Part shown: positions 36,018-49,167 of the stretch, one piece after another
Numbering within the stretch: the stretch's first letter is position 1
Layout: each line of letters starts with the position of its first letter
NCBI RefSeq assembly: GCF_032854445.1
Contig: NC_088304.1
Location: forward strand, 22,425,513 to 22,489,512
Origin: Liolophura sinensis
Taxonomy: Eukaryota
Direction of reading: 5' to 3'
DNA length: 64,000 nucleotides
Notes under the pieces: model-generated
What the model was told of the DNA's origin: nothing
The model's input: the letters and a program-made list of their open reading frames with translations, nothing else
Databases searched by the model: none
Program-made: the position numbers and the translations under genes

Positions 36018-36458
36018 GTACGTGACCATAAGACAGTGGCAGCCAGATTCAACATAAGGAATGCACACATGCTGTAAATCTCTAAGCTCTTGTAGTAAAG
36101 GTGTCCTACAGCAAAAGCTTTCTTTGCTATGTTTCTGTGTGGCATTTAAACATTCATAAACAGTAACATATATATTTATAATGAAACAGAACGCTACACT
36201 TGTAGTTTATTGCTCACTAACTTCACAGATCTCCTGTTTGAACTAGCCTGTAGGTTTGATACAATATAGAACATGGGCAAAGTTTGTCAATGAACTTTGT
36301 CAGCAAAGCAATCGCTCAATCAGTCCTCTTGTTATTGATATACATGGTATTTTTTATACCTGAGCTGGTGATGTTACAGCCTGATGAATAGTTCACTCAA
36401 CTATAATGTCTGTTAGTCAATAAATCGATGAATCAGTAATCTTGTTATTGACATACAG

Positions 36459-36656
36459 GGTAGTTTTTGGACCTGAGCTGGTGATGTTGCGTCCGGATGA
36501 ACAGTTCACCCAGCTAAGTCTGTCAGGAGGGAAGCCCAAAAAGCCTAATGTCATCAAATCCCTGTGCCTGTTGCTGGGACCAGATTTCTGTACAGACATC
36601 ATCACCGTGGAGACTGCTGACCATGCTCGGTTACAACTTCAGCTTTCCTACAACTG
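36459..36656 (+). CDS. MVP: MVP exon 10
   Basis: [65 protein letters not shown]. Donor TG|gtaagt. Confidence 0.9.
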
Positions 36657-37612
36657 GTAAGTTTACATAGAACTTTGAGCAAAATGGTGCCCTGAAAGTA
36701 TGCAATTTGAAACGTGCAATAAAAGTTGAGGAATATTAAACAGGCAAAGCATATGTACATGCCGTTAATTTTTCGCACAAAAATGGAAGCTTCACCGACA
36801 ATTTGTGACGTGAAGTAAACGTGTAAAATCATGGCGATACGAGTCTTCCATTTTGAAACCCTTCATTTTTGAGAGTCTGCGTTTTAATACTACTCTTCAT
36901 GGCTTCTGTCTGACTGATGTAGGAGACGTGGCAGGTAGCAGAATAGCATCACTTACTTTGATATAGTTTTGTGTGGTTTCTGTAAACTGTGTTCACTTCA
37001 CAGTTCTGGACGTTCGGCACATCCAGAACAAGAGTCGAGTGCGGATTAAACCTGTCCGGAACATGTTCTTGTCTTTGCCAGCTGGTGGAGCCGTTCAGAC
37101 AGTGATGTCACACTAATGATTAAGCAAAAGGCTTCCAGTTTTGCTATATTTAAAAACGCTAAACAATAAATATTACGAAAAATCAATGCAAATCCAATTA
37201 AATTTTCCCTACTATTTTAGAATAGCCCAAAGAATTACCGTTCACAAAATATCTACTTCATTGTTTACATGTTATTGTTCAAAGTAAGCAGTAAAATTCG
37301 AAAAATTCATGAAGTATTTAGAATTATTTTTATACTATAAATAGTATAGGTTCGAGTCAGATGTTTATTTGATCTGTTTATGGTAAACAGAAAATTTGAT
37401 TTCATTAGGGAATATTCATGTCTTGCCAAAGATCTAGGATATAGCCTTTTTAAAAGCCAGAATGACTCAAATTGATGCCTTTAACAACAGAGTACTGAAC
37501 TCAGAAATGAAACTTCCAACAGCCAGAATGTAACCATCTGAAGTATTGCCTACGTCTCTATTCCGATATGTGAACGAGTAATAAATGGCTTTCATACTTT
37601 CCTCTTTTCCAG

Positions 37613-37754
37613 GCATTTTGAAGTTCAGGAGAAAACAGATGAAATTGCTGCTAAGATCTTCAGTGTGCCAGACTTCGTAGGTGACGCGTGTAAAGCAATT
37701 GCGTCCCGGGTCAGAGGTGCAGTGGCACAGGTGCAATTTGACGATTTCCACAAG
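37613..37754 (+). CDS. MVP: MVP exon 11
   Basis: [47 protein letters not shown]. Donor AAG|gtaagc. Confidence 0.9.
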
Positions 37755-38074
37755 GTAAGCTATTTTTCAAGGACTTTTTCCGAAGTCGTGTTCAAAATGA
37801 AACTGTTCATCAAAGATCACTTGTCATCTACCAATATCTCACATGTGGGAGTGTTTGCCAGTAAATTGCTAAAGGTAGGTTTCCCCACAAGTAAATCTGA
37901 CTGCCATTATCAAATGCAATATTTTTGAGTATAGTGTTAAACAATACCAAAAAAAAAAAAATGTACGGCGTAATCTTAGTGTGATGCCCGAAAAGTTCGA
38001 TCTTTGCCCAGTCTTTGAGTTACGCCTGATGCAGGACATAGTATTTCACTCCCTTTCACTTCTTGGTGCTTCAG

Positions 38075-38286
38075 AATTCAGCCAAGATCATCCGATCCTC
38101 GGTGTTTGGCTTTGACGATAAGCAGAAGGTCCGTGACAGATTTCAGTTCATGCAGAACAACCTGGTGATCACCAGTATAGACATCCAATCAGTGGAGCCT
38201 GTGGACCAGCGGACGCGCGACTCACTGCAGAAGTCTGTACAACTGGCCATAGAGATCACGACAAATTCCCAGGAGGCCGCAGCAAG
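38075..38286 (+). CDS. MVP: MVP exon 12
   Basis: [17 protein letters not shown]...[32 protein letters not shown]. Donor AG|gtctga. Confidence 0.9.
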
Positions 38287-38372
38287 GTCTGACCAATCAT
38301 ACACTCTTATTTATTCACCTGGGTCTCTTTGGCCCAGGTGTTTGCACGCTAGTGCTGCACAATGATTTTGGA

Positions 38373-38575
38373 GACTCACCAATGTTGTCGCTGTGAGTTC
38401 AAATCCACCTCATGCTGGTTTCCTCTCTGGTCTTCAGTGGGAAGATCTTCCAGCAACTTGTGGATGCTCTTGGGTTTCCCCTAGGCTCTGCCCAGTTTCC
38501 TTCAGCCATAAAGCTGCTTGTCATTGTATTAATGAAATATTCTTGAGCACAGTGTGAAACACCAGTCAAATGAAT
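38373..38575 (+). mobile_element. SINE, 5'-truncated and diverged, in MVP intron 12
   Basis: core and tail match. Confidence 0.7.
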
Positions 38576-38744
38576 CATTTTTGACCTGCTTTTTGATGGT
38601 ACACATGCCATGTTGATAATTTAAATGCAGATTTAGTGGAAAATGTAGATACATGTGTTAAAAGCACATTCATGTAACATTGTGCATCTTGGATGTCTTG
38701 ATTTGACACATACATGCTATATGATGGTATTGGTTGTGTAAAAA

Positions 38745-39125
38745 AGTTAGCTGTCAGTGGCTTACCAGCGAACACAGTTGGTAGAGCTTCTGCTTCGGGA
38801 GCGTTAGATCCAGGGTCAATTCTGGTTCGAGTCACACCTAAGACCTTAAAAGAGGAAGTTGTAACTTCCTCGCTTGACGTTCAGCATGAAGGGGATAGTG
38901 CAATGACTGGTTGACCTGTATCAGTATAATGGCTCAGGCGGTGCAGCTTCCTTGCCTTCGGTAAGGCATCTCATTGAAGCAACACTAGATAAAAGAGCGA
39001 TGGAAATCCGTCCTGCAACAAGGAGGCACATTACATGCACTCTAAGGATTCCTTCGTCATTATATGACTAAAAAATTGTTAAGTACGACGTTAAACCCCA
39101 AGCACTCACTCACTCACTTAACCTG
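38745..39125 (+). mobile_element. Second interspersed repeat family ('family B'): tRNA-like head plus body, ending ...GTACGACGTTAAACCCCAAGCACTCACTCACTCAC.
   Basis: The 3' portion recurs at 44405-44470 (+) and as a reverse-complement fragment at 49720-49760. The head GTTGGTAGAGC...GGGTCAATTCTGGTTCGAG is tRNA-like. Confidence 0.5.
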
Positions 39126-39565
39126 TGTAACAGAAAGGCACAATTCCTCTTTTTTCATGTCAGTCCATCTAATGAACAAGATATGACTTTTCTGGAAAAA
39201 AAACCTGAGAGAGAAATGTAGTCTGTATGTTTCAGCACCACTAATATCTGCCTTGAAAGTAAGAATTGCTGTAGATACTTGCCGTTTGTATTCCACCTTT
39301 TCTACAAATGAAGGGTGAAGAATTGTTGAGTATGGCATTAAACAAAAAGCAAGTAAAATTAAACAACAATACATATAAAAAATGAAAAATGCTTGATTCC
39401 TATTCCCAGTATATCCATGATAGAAAATACTCCTTCGTCTTCAGGCATGTTGGAACTAGCTGCTTTCTACGCTGCCTGTCTCCATCCCAAATCTTTTTAC
39501 AAAAGGGGCGAGTAAAACCATCTCTTCTGTCTTCATATAAACTTGATTTTCAATTTGTCCATCAG

Positions 39566-39809
39566 GCATGAGGCTGAGCGACTGGAGCAAGAGGCCAAAG
39601 GTCGTCTGGAGAGACAGAAGATTAACGACGAGGCAGAAGCAGAGAAATCCCGTCGCGAGCTGCTGGAGCTGCAGGCGCAGAGTGCAGCCGTGGAGAGCAC
39701 AGGGCAGGCTAAGGCTGAAGCTCAGTCCCGCGCTGAATCTGCCAGGATTGAAGGAGAGGCTGCAGTAGATCAAGCTAAGCTCAAGGCCACAGCCTGTAAA
39801 ATTGAAGCT
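39566..39809 (+). CDS. MVP: MVP exon 13 (cap-helix coiled coil)
   Basis: [67 protein letters not shown]...KIEA. Donor GCT|gtaagt. Confidence 0.9.
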
Positions 39810-40582
39810 GTAAGTACCCGTACTGCGCCCTAGATACACCCAGTTAGCTGATAGTTGCCAGGTTGTTAAATGAAAGATAACAAATGATAAACCCTAATTC
39901 TTTAACATTTGAATCCTGCTCTGAAACTAGTAGTTAGACACATTATGGGAGAACTGTGGATCACAAAGAAATAATTTGCACAGTTTTGCAAGCTTGTGTC
40001 ATTTTAAGACACAAGCTTGCAAAACTGTGCAAATTATTTCTTTGCACAGTTTTTAACATAATTTTAACATAATTTCCATTATAATTGTATGCATAAATTC
40101 CAGGTAAAAAGTGCTTTAGTGGTTGAAAAGTTTGAAGATTTGTAGTAACCTGAGTTATTCAGGAAGAGGAGCGGAGAGAGACCTTAAACTGCCAAAGCCA
40201 TGTTTTTCTGATGTGCTGCGTAACTTGATAAATCAATACTTAATCTGGAATTCTTACCAATTCTCTTGATGTAAGCAGAAACCACTGTTTTCCCAGCTGA
40301 TATAGATAACTTGGTGCCTGATAGATCAAAACTGATAACATGATGGTACTTTCCATTTTCTCAATGTGTGTGATATTGATTACTTTGAACTGCGATATCC
40401 CAGTTATCCAGTATCGCAAGGACAATAAGTTATGCTTTTTCAACTTCCTTTGGGATCCTTTATTCATGCATGTACACATGTAGTCTGGTGCTGTCTTTTG
40501 TGTTAAGATGTTTGCATTTTAGTTGCTGAGACACATGAGGTGTGGGTTTAATTTCTTGAATGTGTGAATTTTCCCAAACTTG

Positions 40583-40760
40583 TTGTTGTCGGGGCCTTGA
40601 TGACAATAACCGGTTATTGTCGGGGCCTTAATGACAATAACCTGTTCTTATCAGGGCCTTGATGACAATAACCGGTTATTTTCGGGACCTTGATGACAAT
40701 AACCAGTTATTGTTGGGGCCTTGATGACAATAACCAGTTATTGTCGGGACAATAAGTGGT
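40583..40760. repeat. 32-bp tandem repeat of about 5.5 units (TTGTCGGGGCCTTGATGACAATAACCGGTTAT) in MVP intron 13
   Basis: seen directly. Confidence 0.9.
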
Positions 40761-40916
40761 TTAACATTCACATAAAACCCAGTCTTTTTCATCGGTGTAG
40801 TCTGTCTGTATGTTACGTGTTGGAAAGTTTGTCAGTAAATTACCAGATGTTGATGGTTTACCCCGGAGCACTAAGGGTTAAAAAGGCTGTCATTTTGTAA
40901 GTGAAAAAATCCAAAA

Positions 40917-41100
40917 AATATATCACTTTGAGCACCAATCAAATGAGACACACCAGACACTGATGGCAATGGAGCAGCAGGTTGCAGATGTTTGTGGGTT
41001 TCCAACATCCCAGTTTTCTCCCACCATAATTCTGGCCACCGTCATATATGTGAAATACTCTTGAAACAACGTAAAACTCCAATCAACGAAAAAAAAAAAC
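40917..41100 (+). mobile_element. Two adjacent SINE fragments in MVP intron 13
   Basis: One fragment is the tail ...GAGCACCAATCAAATGAG. The other is the core ...CCCACCATAATTCTGGCCACCGTCATATATGTGAAATACTCTTGAAACAACGTAAAACTCCAATCAACGAAAAAAAAAA. Confidence 0.6.
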
Positions 41101-41235
41101 AAATCATGTACCTGATGGCTCTTCCACCTACGTGACTGCCGGTATAAAATATGCTTGATTATGGTACATAACACAGATCAAGTCATTACAAACATCAGAC
41201 GGTAAAGATTCTTGATTGATTTGGTTTTTGTGCAG

Positions 41236-41571
41236 GAATCAGAGCTGGAAAGATTGACACGAGCCAGAGAGGCCGAGACAAAGTACCTGAAGGAACAGAA
41301 CGATCTTGAGCTGGAAAAGGCTAGGGAAATGGCCGACATCGAGACCGGCAAGTTCAAGGACATCGTGACCTCTATTGGTGCCGACACAATTCGTGCCATC
41401 GCAGTCTCCGGGCCTGAGATGCAGGTGAAGATGCTTGGTGCACTCGGACTTAAGTCCACGCTCATTACTGATGGCAGCAGCCCCATTAACCTATTCAACA
41501 CTGCCCAGGGGCTGATTGGGGGCATGGTGCCCAGCCGACGTAGGGCAGATGAATCTGACATTGATGAGTAA
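41236..41571 (+). CDS. MVP: MVP exon 14 (terminal; the stop codon TAA is at 41569-41571).
   Basis: [18 protein letters not shown]...[41 protein letters not shown]...*. The summed CDS is 2574 nt, which is 857 aa. Confidence 0.9.
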   Translation, partial: ESELERLTRAREAETKYLKEQNDLELEKAREMADIETGKFKDIVTSIGADTIRAIAVSGPEMQVKMLGALGLKSTLITDGSSPINLFNTAQGLIGGMVPSRRRADESDIDE

Positions 41572-41997
41572 AACAAGACTCCCCCTACCTTGCATGCATT
41601 TCTTAAACTCGTTGTTCCTAAAAGAATTAATGCTTAATGTCAAAAAGCTTATATAAACATATTGTTTTGTTCATGTATGGACTTGAGGTACAGTGCTTAC
41701 TGCCGTATGTAAATTGTCATGCACACAAGATTGTGTCTTTTCCTGCCACACCTATTATAGAGGGTATGCACATCATCATCATATCTTAGAAGAACATCTT
41801 TGCGGCCATAATGGAGTGATATTGGCATACATCTATATAACAGTCTCCAGGAAGGCTGTCAAAAGTAGACCATGAAAGTTCTCTATACAGGTAGGAGTTG
41901 ATGACACTTTTCTGTGCGGTGATGAGAGAATGAAACTTTTTGGTAGTGTAGTGTACATGTTGTATATGATGTCTTTTGACGTTGTGTTTTTCTTGTA

Positions 41998-42003
41998 AAT
42001 AAA
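41998..42003 (+). terminator. MVP: MVP polyadenylation signal AATAAA
   Basis: AATAAA lies about 430 nt after the stop codon, and GT/T-rich sequence follows. Confidence 0.5.
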
Positions 42004-43149
42004 GACGCTGTTTTCTTTGTATAAATATTATGAAATGCGGAAAAAAATGCAAAGCTTAAGACGAATAATGTATGAATTGTGAATAGACTGCTGAATGTTA
42101 AAAATTATTATAACTCCATGTTGAATTATGTGATGTTGCACCCAGCGATTTTATCTTGTGTAATTAGATACGTGGAAATGTTGAAAAAAAAAAAAAATGT
42201 TGATGAATTATCGTGTGAAAGTTTAAACATGTAGATGTCATGTAGATAAACTGGGTTTGTTATGCGTACTGAGCCTCTGTTGATCTATTAACCTGGGAAC
42301 ATGGCTCAGGTGTGCTAAACATTTTGTTGACCAAAAAATGTTTCCTTGCTTATAAGTGCTCAAGAAAATTACCTGTGCCCTTAGGACATGCAGTGGCTTT
42401 GATTATTACTTATAACTCTTGTACAGAGATTTAACAGTCTTGTTAACAAATATATACGTGTGATGTAATTTGCAAATTTGGATCACACAGTCTTTTCTTC
42501 AGACATATTGTTCATTGCTTCTGTATTCTAAAAGATGTTTTGAGGCAGAGCTGTGATATAAAGAGGTTATTGAAGCCTGTGAAAACGTGTCAATCATGAC
42601 TGCTTTGAATTTTACTATGTGCATGAATATAGATGTAGCATTTCATTGTGATAACTTTCTTAGGCCTCAACATTTTATGGACCACTAGAAAAAATGCTGT
42701 GGAAAAAAATAATGAAGCCAATATTTTTTGTATCCTCTTTTCTTTTTATTTGTTTGGATCAATAATACATATATAGTGTTATTTTTATAATTAAATTTTA
42801 TTGTTTTTCCCCTTATATATGAAGTGACTTGTTGAATCAAAACCTTAACAGAAGGTTGACATAATAAATCTATGTTAATATTTCTGACTGTAAAGTATCC
42901 ATGAACAGCATTTATTTTGTTTAATTTATCGATGCCAAAGTCACAAGAACTATAAGTGTGCAGACATTTTAGCGACACTTTGTAACACTCTCCTCAATCA
43001 GTCACAATGTTTCGGAGATGTTGGCTATTTCAGTTTACAGTTTCCATCACTAAGTTAGGGAAACGATTGCTTCATTCCTGCTGTACTCACAGGATCACCT
43101 TCCACCTCCCACCTCCCTATTCTGTAGACCCCACCTCCACCCTGTCCAC

Positions 43150-43440
43150 GGATGACATACTAGTTGGCCAACAGTAGGGTATACTGTCAGTCTGCTCATT
43201 TGGTTGGCCAACAGTGAGCTCACTGGTTGATCAGGCCTGAACACACTGGTTGATCAAAAGATTGCTCTGGTTGATCAAGAGTCAACACACTGGTTGGCCA
43301 GGAATCAATACTAGTTTATGGCCAGGAGTCAGTACACTAGTTGGTCAAGTATAAGGACATTGGTTGGCCAGGAGTTAGTACTGTGGTTGGCCAAGAGTCA
43401 GCTCACTGGTTGGCCAAGACTCTGAACACTGGGTGGTTAA
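43150..43440. repeat. Degenerate tandem repeat of about 20-22 bp (ACTGGTTGGCCAAGAGTCAGC-like)
   Basis: seen directly. Confidence 0.7.
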
Positions 43441-44404
43441 GTGTCTGTATAATGGGTGGGGTCTGGTGTCTTCAACATGGCATTCCAGTGAGGCTGCACA
43501 ATAAATATATATTAACCCCGGAATATTATATTTGTGGTAAGACTGCATCAATTAAAACTGCCCCCAAAATAATAGGATTACATGTGTAGCGAAGATGAAA
43601 CACCTTACAAAGCCATCGTAATAGAATAGTTCACATCACAGACTGTTAGCTGGCCTTGATTTCACAGCCAAATAAGGCAGAGCATGGCTTAAAAGATTGA
43701 TGTTTTTTTTAAAAATTCATACAGTTTAATTATAACATAATCTAAATTGGCAATAATACCTTTTTTCAAAGGCAGAACAAATATTTTAATTCCCCACAAC
43801 TGAAGCGAAGAGCAAAAAGCATTTAAAAATCGGAGTGGTATTTTTTTGTGCGACTTCATGACAGCGCACGTGTATACTTCAGTTTGTGCTTAGTCAGCTG
43901 GGACACTACATTAGATAACGTTAATATTCGTAGTGTCCCAGGTTGCTGAACTAGTTCAGTTTGAGCTTTGTAAACACTAGTGACGCAAGCACTAGTGTGT
44001 TGAAACAGTATCCGTTATTTACATGGAAAGAACAGTAGATAAACACCAAAAAGTATGCATTTGTTTACTGCAGTACAAGGGAATCCAAATGTATAAAATC
44101 CAGTGATTACAGATTGAAAAGCATTGATTTACCTCAAAAATAGGAGAAGGTAACAGGGTAAAAACAAAAAACAACATTTCAACAAGGCTGATGGACAGTC
44201 GGCTGTAGGCATGTTGTAAATCGTCGTGTTGAAATGGCAAAATATGTTCATACAGAGTCACATGTTACCATTGTAATTGGAAGGCTGTAATTCAACCTCG
44301 AATATCTACCGGCAAGAAATCAAACATCCGTACAGAAGGATCGTAAATCAAAATGCACTCACACCAATACAGAAGAATTGATCGAGGTCACAATATTGAT
44401 ATCG

Positions 44405-44470
44405 TCGTCATATGACTGAAAAATTGTTGAGTACGACGTTAAACCCCAAGCACTCACTCACTCACTCACA
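44405..44470 (+). mobile_element. Family B 3' fragment with a (CACT)n tail
   Basis: near-identical to 39057-39120. Confidence 0.5.
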
Positions 44471-46465
44471 ATATTGATATAGCCTGGTGAAGATAACGCC
44501 TCACGTTTTCACGCGCTACTTCATTATCAAACAGAGTTATCCCCCCTTAGTCCTCTTACCGGAAGTAGTGTGGTTGCGTCTAGTATATGCTTTCTGAAGA
44601 TTGCACCAGATAGCGACTGTAATGCAAGTCTGCCTCGAGTTAACTAAGGCTTTATGCTGCTTGCGTAATGCAGTTAAATCCATGAAATGGATTATAACTT
44701 ACAGATGTGTACTAAAGTACCTTTACTTTTTCCTGTGCATGTGGCACTCATCGTCGGTTGACTCGCGAGGCTTCACAATGACAAATGAGGTTGCGGTTTC
44801 GAATCCAGCTCCTGGTGTACAGGATGCGATTTTGAGTGAAGTGGAGTGTGTCAGGTCCTTGGTGAATGGTGGGACTTTTCTCAACCAAGTTTTAAAATTA
44901 CAATATTATCCAAATATGCGTCCAAATATATTCCTCAAACAACAGTCAGTACTGTACTATTGGCTAGAATGACGTATTCAAATATTCCTTAATTAACCAA
45001 CTGTCGGTGTACTCAGACTATGAAAACAGCATGGTTGCCAGGGCTCCACCCTCATAATTAAGTATCATGTGATGTGGCGGTTTGTCTTTTAATTGTTAGC
45101 ACATATGAGGAGTGGATCAGGGGATTTAACTGAGGATTCCCAGCCCTTCTTGCTCTCACTGTTTATGGGAGCCTTGGTGACAATGATCGGTTGACAATGC
45201 TTGTGTGACCATTTCCCATTCAGGTGTATTGGGTTTTCTCAGAGAACAGTCTCATTGTGTTAGAACATTTCTGATCAGACGGAATAATGTGTGAAAATGC
45301 CTCACCTAAATCAGATGGTCTCGTGGTATACATGTCTTCCACCCAATATGACATGCCAAACCGGTATGTCACTGTGGGCAAACTCTTAGTAACTTGCCAA
45401 GATATGTTTAATTAAACCGGTCACTCTATCAGTTTCCTCCACCCATAAATGTGACCGCCATCTCATCGCCATAAAATGTTCTTGATTATGTCATTAAACA
45501 ATGATCAAGTAAATAAAATCCTATACCTAAGTTATGGGTGGACAATCACATACTCCTTCCTTTTCAGCTCACCTTACAAAGGAAGGAGAGGTATTGTGAG
45601 AGGGGGATGGCATGCTTGTCGGTGGTGGTGTTGGTGGTGGTGTCAGTGTTGGTGTCCCATTTGGTTAAAGTTTATGGCCAGTCACAGGGTAGCAGTGGCC
45701 ACCCATAGTACACAGATAGCAAATAATCAGCAGCGATTTGCATATCAAAGACTAAGGAAGCCTTTTACCTCCTAGCTCAACGTTTTGTTTAGCTATTCAC
45801 AAGGTTGCAGTTGCCTCCCATAGTACATAGATTACCAAATGCAGTTCGCGATTTGCATTTCAAGGACTCTGTGGTGAAGTTGTGCACTATAAAAAAAAAA
45901 AAACTCCCTACAGCATCTTTTACCAGGACAATAATTTACAAAACTCCATAACATGAAGTCACTGCTCTGCAATCTTTACGCATACCATTAACAATCATAG
46001 TCGTGACAGTACAGCAATTTTGGTCTTTCTTATTGATTTAATGGCAAGATTTTTAATTGCAATATATAATTAGAGGATAATATCTGTGTATGAAAGTGCC
46101 GGTCGTTCTATATGTACCTTTTTGGGGTCAATGTTTGAATGTATCAGATGACTTGTACATTGTGCAGTTTTACAAGCTGCTCAATCAGGTGAGCTGGCGG
46201 TATACTTGGAATGCCTTGTTTTAATTGTGAAAAACAAGTAATTGTAGGCCTGCCCACTGCACCAGTGATCCATGCCTGCAAGAAATTAGTCCGGCTTGGA
46301 AAATTTACATCATGTGCTAAATGCTGCTCTTAGCTAAATAATTTAAACTGTCAATATGAAAACTTGGACAAAAAAAAGTATTTTTACCTCAAACTTAAAT
46401 ACTGAAAACATGTGAAAACTAGTGTGTGCTGATAGCTATGTATTTTCAGATTACCGGTACGCAAG

Positions 46466-46666
46466 ATGTCTGGTGAGATGGGGGATAAAAAGATGAAGAT
46501 GATAATAGATGTAGACACTGGAATTGATGATGCCCAGGCTATAATGATGGCAGTATCTAGGCAGGATGTTGACGTGATTGGCATCACATGTGTCTCTGGG
46601 AATGTGGGAATCGACCAAGTCTGTGTGAACACTTTGCGGGTGCTAAAATTCTGCAATAGATTAGAT
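46466..46666 (+). CDS. Inosine-uridine preferring nucleoside hydrolase (IUNH)-like, exon 1 (MSGEMGDKKMKMIIDVDTGIDDAQAIMMAV...CNRLD).
   Basis: ORF 46466..46699. It carries the IU-NH family motif D-x-D-x-G-x-D-D. Donor GAT|gtgaga. Confidence 0.8.
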
Positions 46667-46884
46667 GTGAGAGAGATGGTTGATTTGTATTATAAGTAGT
46701 CAACTTTAAAATGTGACAGCTTCAGCTAAATGGTGATATATATGTAGTGATTCTGTGTGTACAAATTATAATTAGTCAAAGATTGGTATTAGTTTGCAGT
46801 CAGCTTTCCAAAATGACTTGTCTGCATTTCAAGCTTCTAATATTCCATTATCATTTCTTAGCTGCCTCAGCTGATGTACAGAGC

Positions 46885-47640
46885 CACCCACACACCACTG
46901 GCTCACCACAGGCACACCACTGGCTCACCACAGACATACTACTGGCTCACCACAGACATACTACTGGCTCCCTACAGACATTCCACTGGCTCACCACAGA
47001 CATACCACTGGCTCACCACAGACATACCATTGGCTCACCACAGACATACCACTGGCCACTGGCTCACCACAGACATACTACTGGCTCACCATAGCCACAC
47101 CACAGACACTCCATGGGTATGTTACAAACACAGAATAGACAAGCTACATGTTAACTACAGGCACATCACTGTCTCACCACTGGAACACCAGTAGCTCACC
47201 ACAGACACACCATAGACACACTAAAGGCGCACCACAGGTACGTAATGATCACAACACAGGCTACTACAAGCACACCAAAGGCTCACTACAGGTACGCCAC
47301 AAATTAATACCAGGCTAAACACGTACACCACAGGCTCACCACTGGATCACCACCAGCACACCACATACTGACCACAGGCACACCATGGCTCACCATGATC
47401 ACAATACAGGCACACCACTGGCTCACCACAGACACACCACAGGTTCATGACCAAAAACCACAGATACAGCATGAACACACCACTGACTCACCACAGACAC
47501 CACTGGCTCACCACATGCACACAACTGGCTCTCCACAGGCAGACAACAGACACTCTACAGGCACACTATTTGCTCTTCACGGGGAGATCACAGGATTATC
47601 AGTGGCTCACAACAGTACACACCACAGGCGCCATGGCTGA
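46885..47640. repeat. Degenerate 22-bp tandem array (CTCACCACAGACATACCACTGG) of about 750 bp in IUNH intron 1
   Basis: Seen directly. It generates the spurious ORFs 46747..47094, 46874..47194 and 47395..47644. Confidence 0.85.
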
Positions 47641-47786
47641 GTAGGCTACACAGTTGTCTATTTCACACTTATATAAGGGTCGTTACTTCTGATGTGTCCC
47701 AATGTCAGTCTTGACAGGGCATCTGGGTGTACATGTGATTGATTGACAGTGAACATTCATCACATGTTGTGCTTTCCCCTCTACAG

Positions 47787-47973
47787 ATACCAGTTTTCAA
47801 AGGGGCGGCCAGCCCCTTCATCGTGGAGGGTAGCTTGTCTCAAGCCCGATACCATCATGGTAATGACGGGCTTGGGGATGTTCCAGATATTTCACCTGTT
47901 CCACCTGGCCCCAGCCTCCTCCAATCACAGGGAGCAGTGCAAGCCTTGCTGGAACTGACCAATCAACATCCAG
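47787..47973 (+). CDS. IUNH-like exon 2
   Basis: IPVFKGAASPFIVEGSLSQARYHHGNDGLGDVP...ELTNQHP-. Acceptor ctctacag| and donor CAG|gtaaga. Confidence 0.8.
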
Positions 47974-48518
47974 GTAAGAAGCCACACAGAGAAAAAATTC
48001 AGAATGTAATTTCAACAGGAATGAAAAACTATCAGATTTCAAGAAGGAATTTGAGAAGAAAATCTGAGCTAAAATATAAGCAGATTAAGTGTAGTTACAT
48101 GTTTAAATGTTTAAATGGTCATGGGTTCAATGTACATTGGAACATCAAGGGACCACAATTTCTTGATTATGTTACTGGCCAGTTTTGAAAAATTTGAACC
48201 ATGTAGATTCTGTGTTAGTTGTGTGCATTCGTGAAAGAAAATAAGACACCTCTCAGAACAAATGTTGAATGACATTCAGTGAATTTTACATTCAGTGAAA
48301 ATTTTGTAATTACTAAACTGGTGAAGTAATTTCCCTATTCTTTTGCTAATGCATCAGGAAGAGGTCTTGGGCTTATCAAGCAGAGGTTGTGGTCATTCAT
48401 ATAAAGCTGCAGACATTAAAGTGGAAACTACCAACGAAAGCTAAAAGAAAAATTTATCTACATCCTTGAAGAGAACTGCAAATTTTTTGGGTCTGAAACT
48501 GAATGTTATCAGGGTACA

Positions 48519-48768
48519 AGGGGCCTCCGTGCCTCTGTTAACGACCCAGGAGCCTATCACCAATGCGGTCCCTTTGAATTCAAGTCCAGCTCATGTCGGC
48601 TTCCTCTCCAGCCGTATGTGGGAAGGTCTTCCAGCAACCTGCGGATGGTCGTGGGTTTCCCCCGGGCTCTGTTCAGTTTCTACCCACCATAATGCTGGCT
48701 GCCGTTGTATGAGTGAAATATTCTTGAGTACGGCGTAAAACACCAATCAAATAAATAAATAAATCAAA
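48519..48768 (+). mobile_element. SINE, full-length, in IUNH intron 2
   Basis: head plus core plus tail. Confidence 0.85.
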
Positions 48769-48894
48769 TCAGGTTACACGTGGTTTCCACATATATGTTT
48801 TTTCTATGATTTTCTATGCAGGTATGCAAGCCATGTGATTACACACAAAGAACTTAATCAAGTGTAACGGGAGCAGCTTTCCAGTGCTTATACT

Positions 48895-48990
48895 ACCATT
48901 AGCAAGAGGGAATTTCCCTTTAGCTCAGTTAGTAGAGTGCTGGACGTCAGCTGCAGAGACCCGAGTTCAAATCATTGTATGACCCACATA
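48895..48990 (+). pseudogene. tRNA-like sequence, either a tRNA pseudogene or the head of another SINE
   Basis: It has a D-arm-like TAGCTCAGTTAGTAGAGTG and a T-arm-like GAGTTCAAATC, but the acceptor and T stems do not pair. Confidence 0.3.
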
Positions 48991-49167
48991 GTGAAATCCT
49001 TCAACCATTACACAAGCGCCACCCTGGTTTTCACTGTGGCAATTTTGTACACATGTGATTAATGTTCTTCTGTATCAGAAGAGTGCAGAATGTTTTTTCC
49101 TTACAATATTACATTGGATGATTGTAAATATTTGTGTTAAAAATACTCAGTGAATTATTTTCACATG

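Noticed and set aside
41178-41576. 132-aa ORF on the minus strand
   Set aside because: It is the antisense shadow of MVP's terminal exon. The plus-strand frame has unambiguous MVP homology.
46747-47644. His/Thr-rich ORFs (HHRHTTGSPQTYHWLTTD...)
   Set aside because: They are generated by the degenerate 22-bp tandem repeat in IUNH intron 1 and are not a coding exon.
48895-48990. A possible functional tRNA gene
   Set aside because: The D-arm and T-arm motifs are present, but the acceptor and T stems do not base-pair. It is more likely a tRNA pseudogene or a SINE head.
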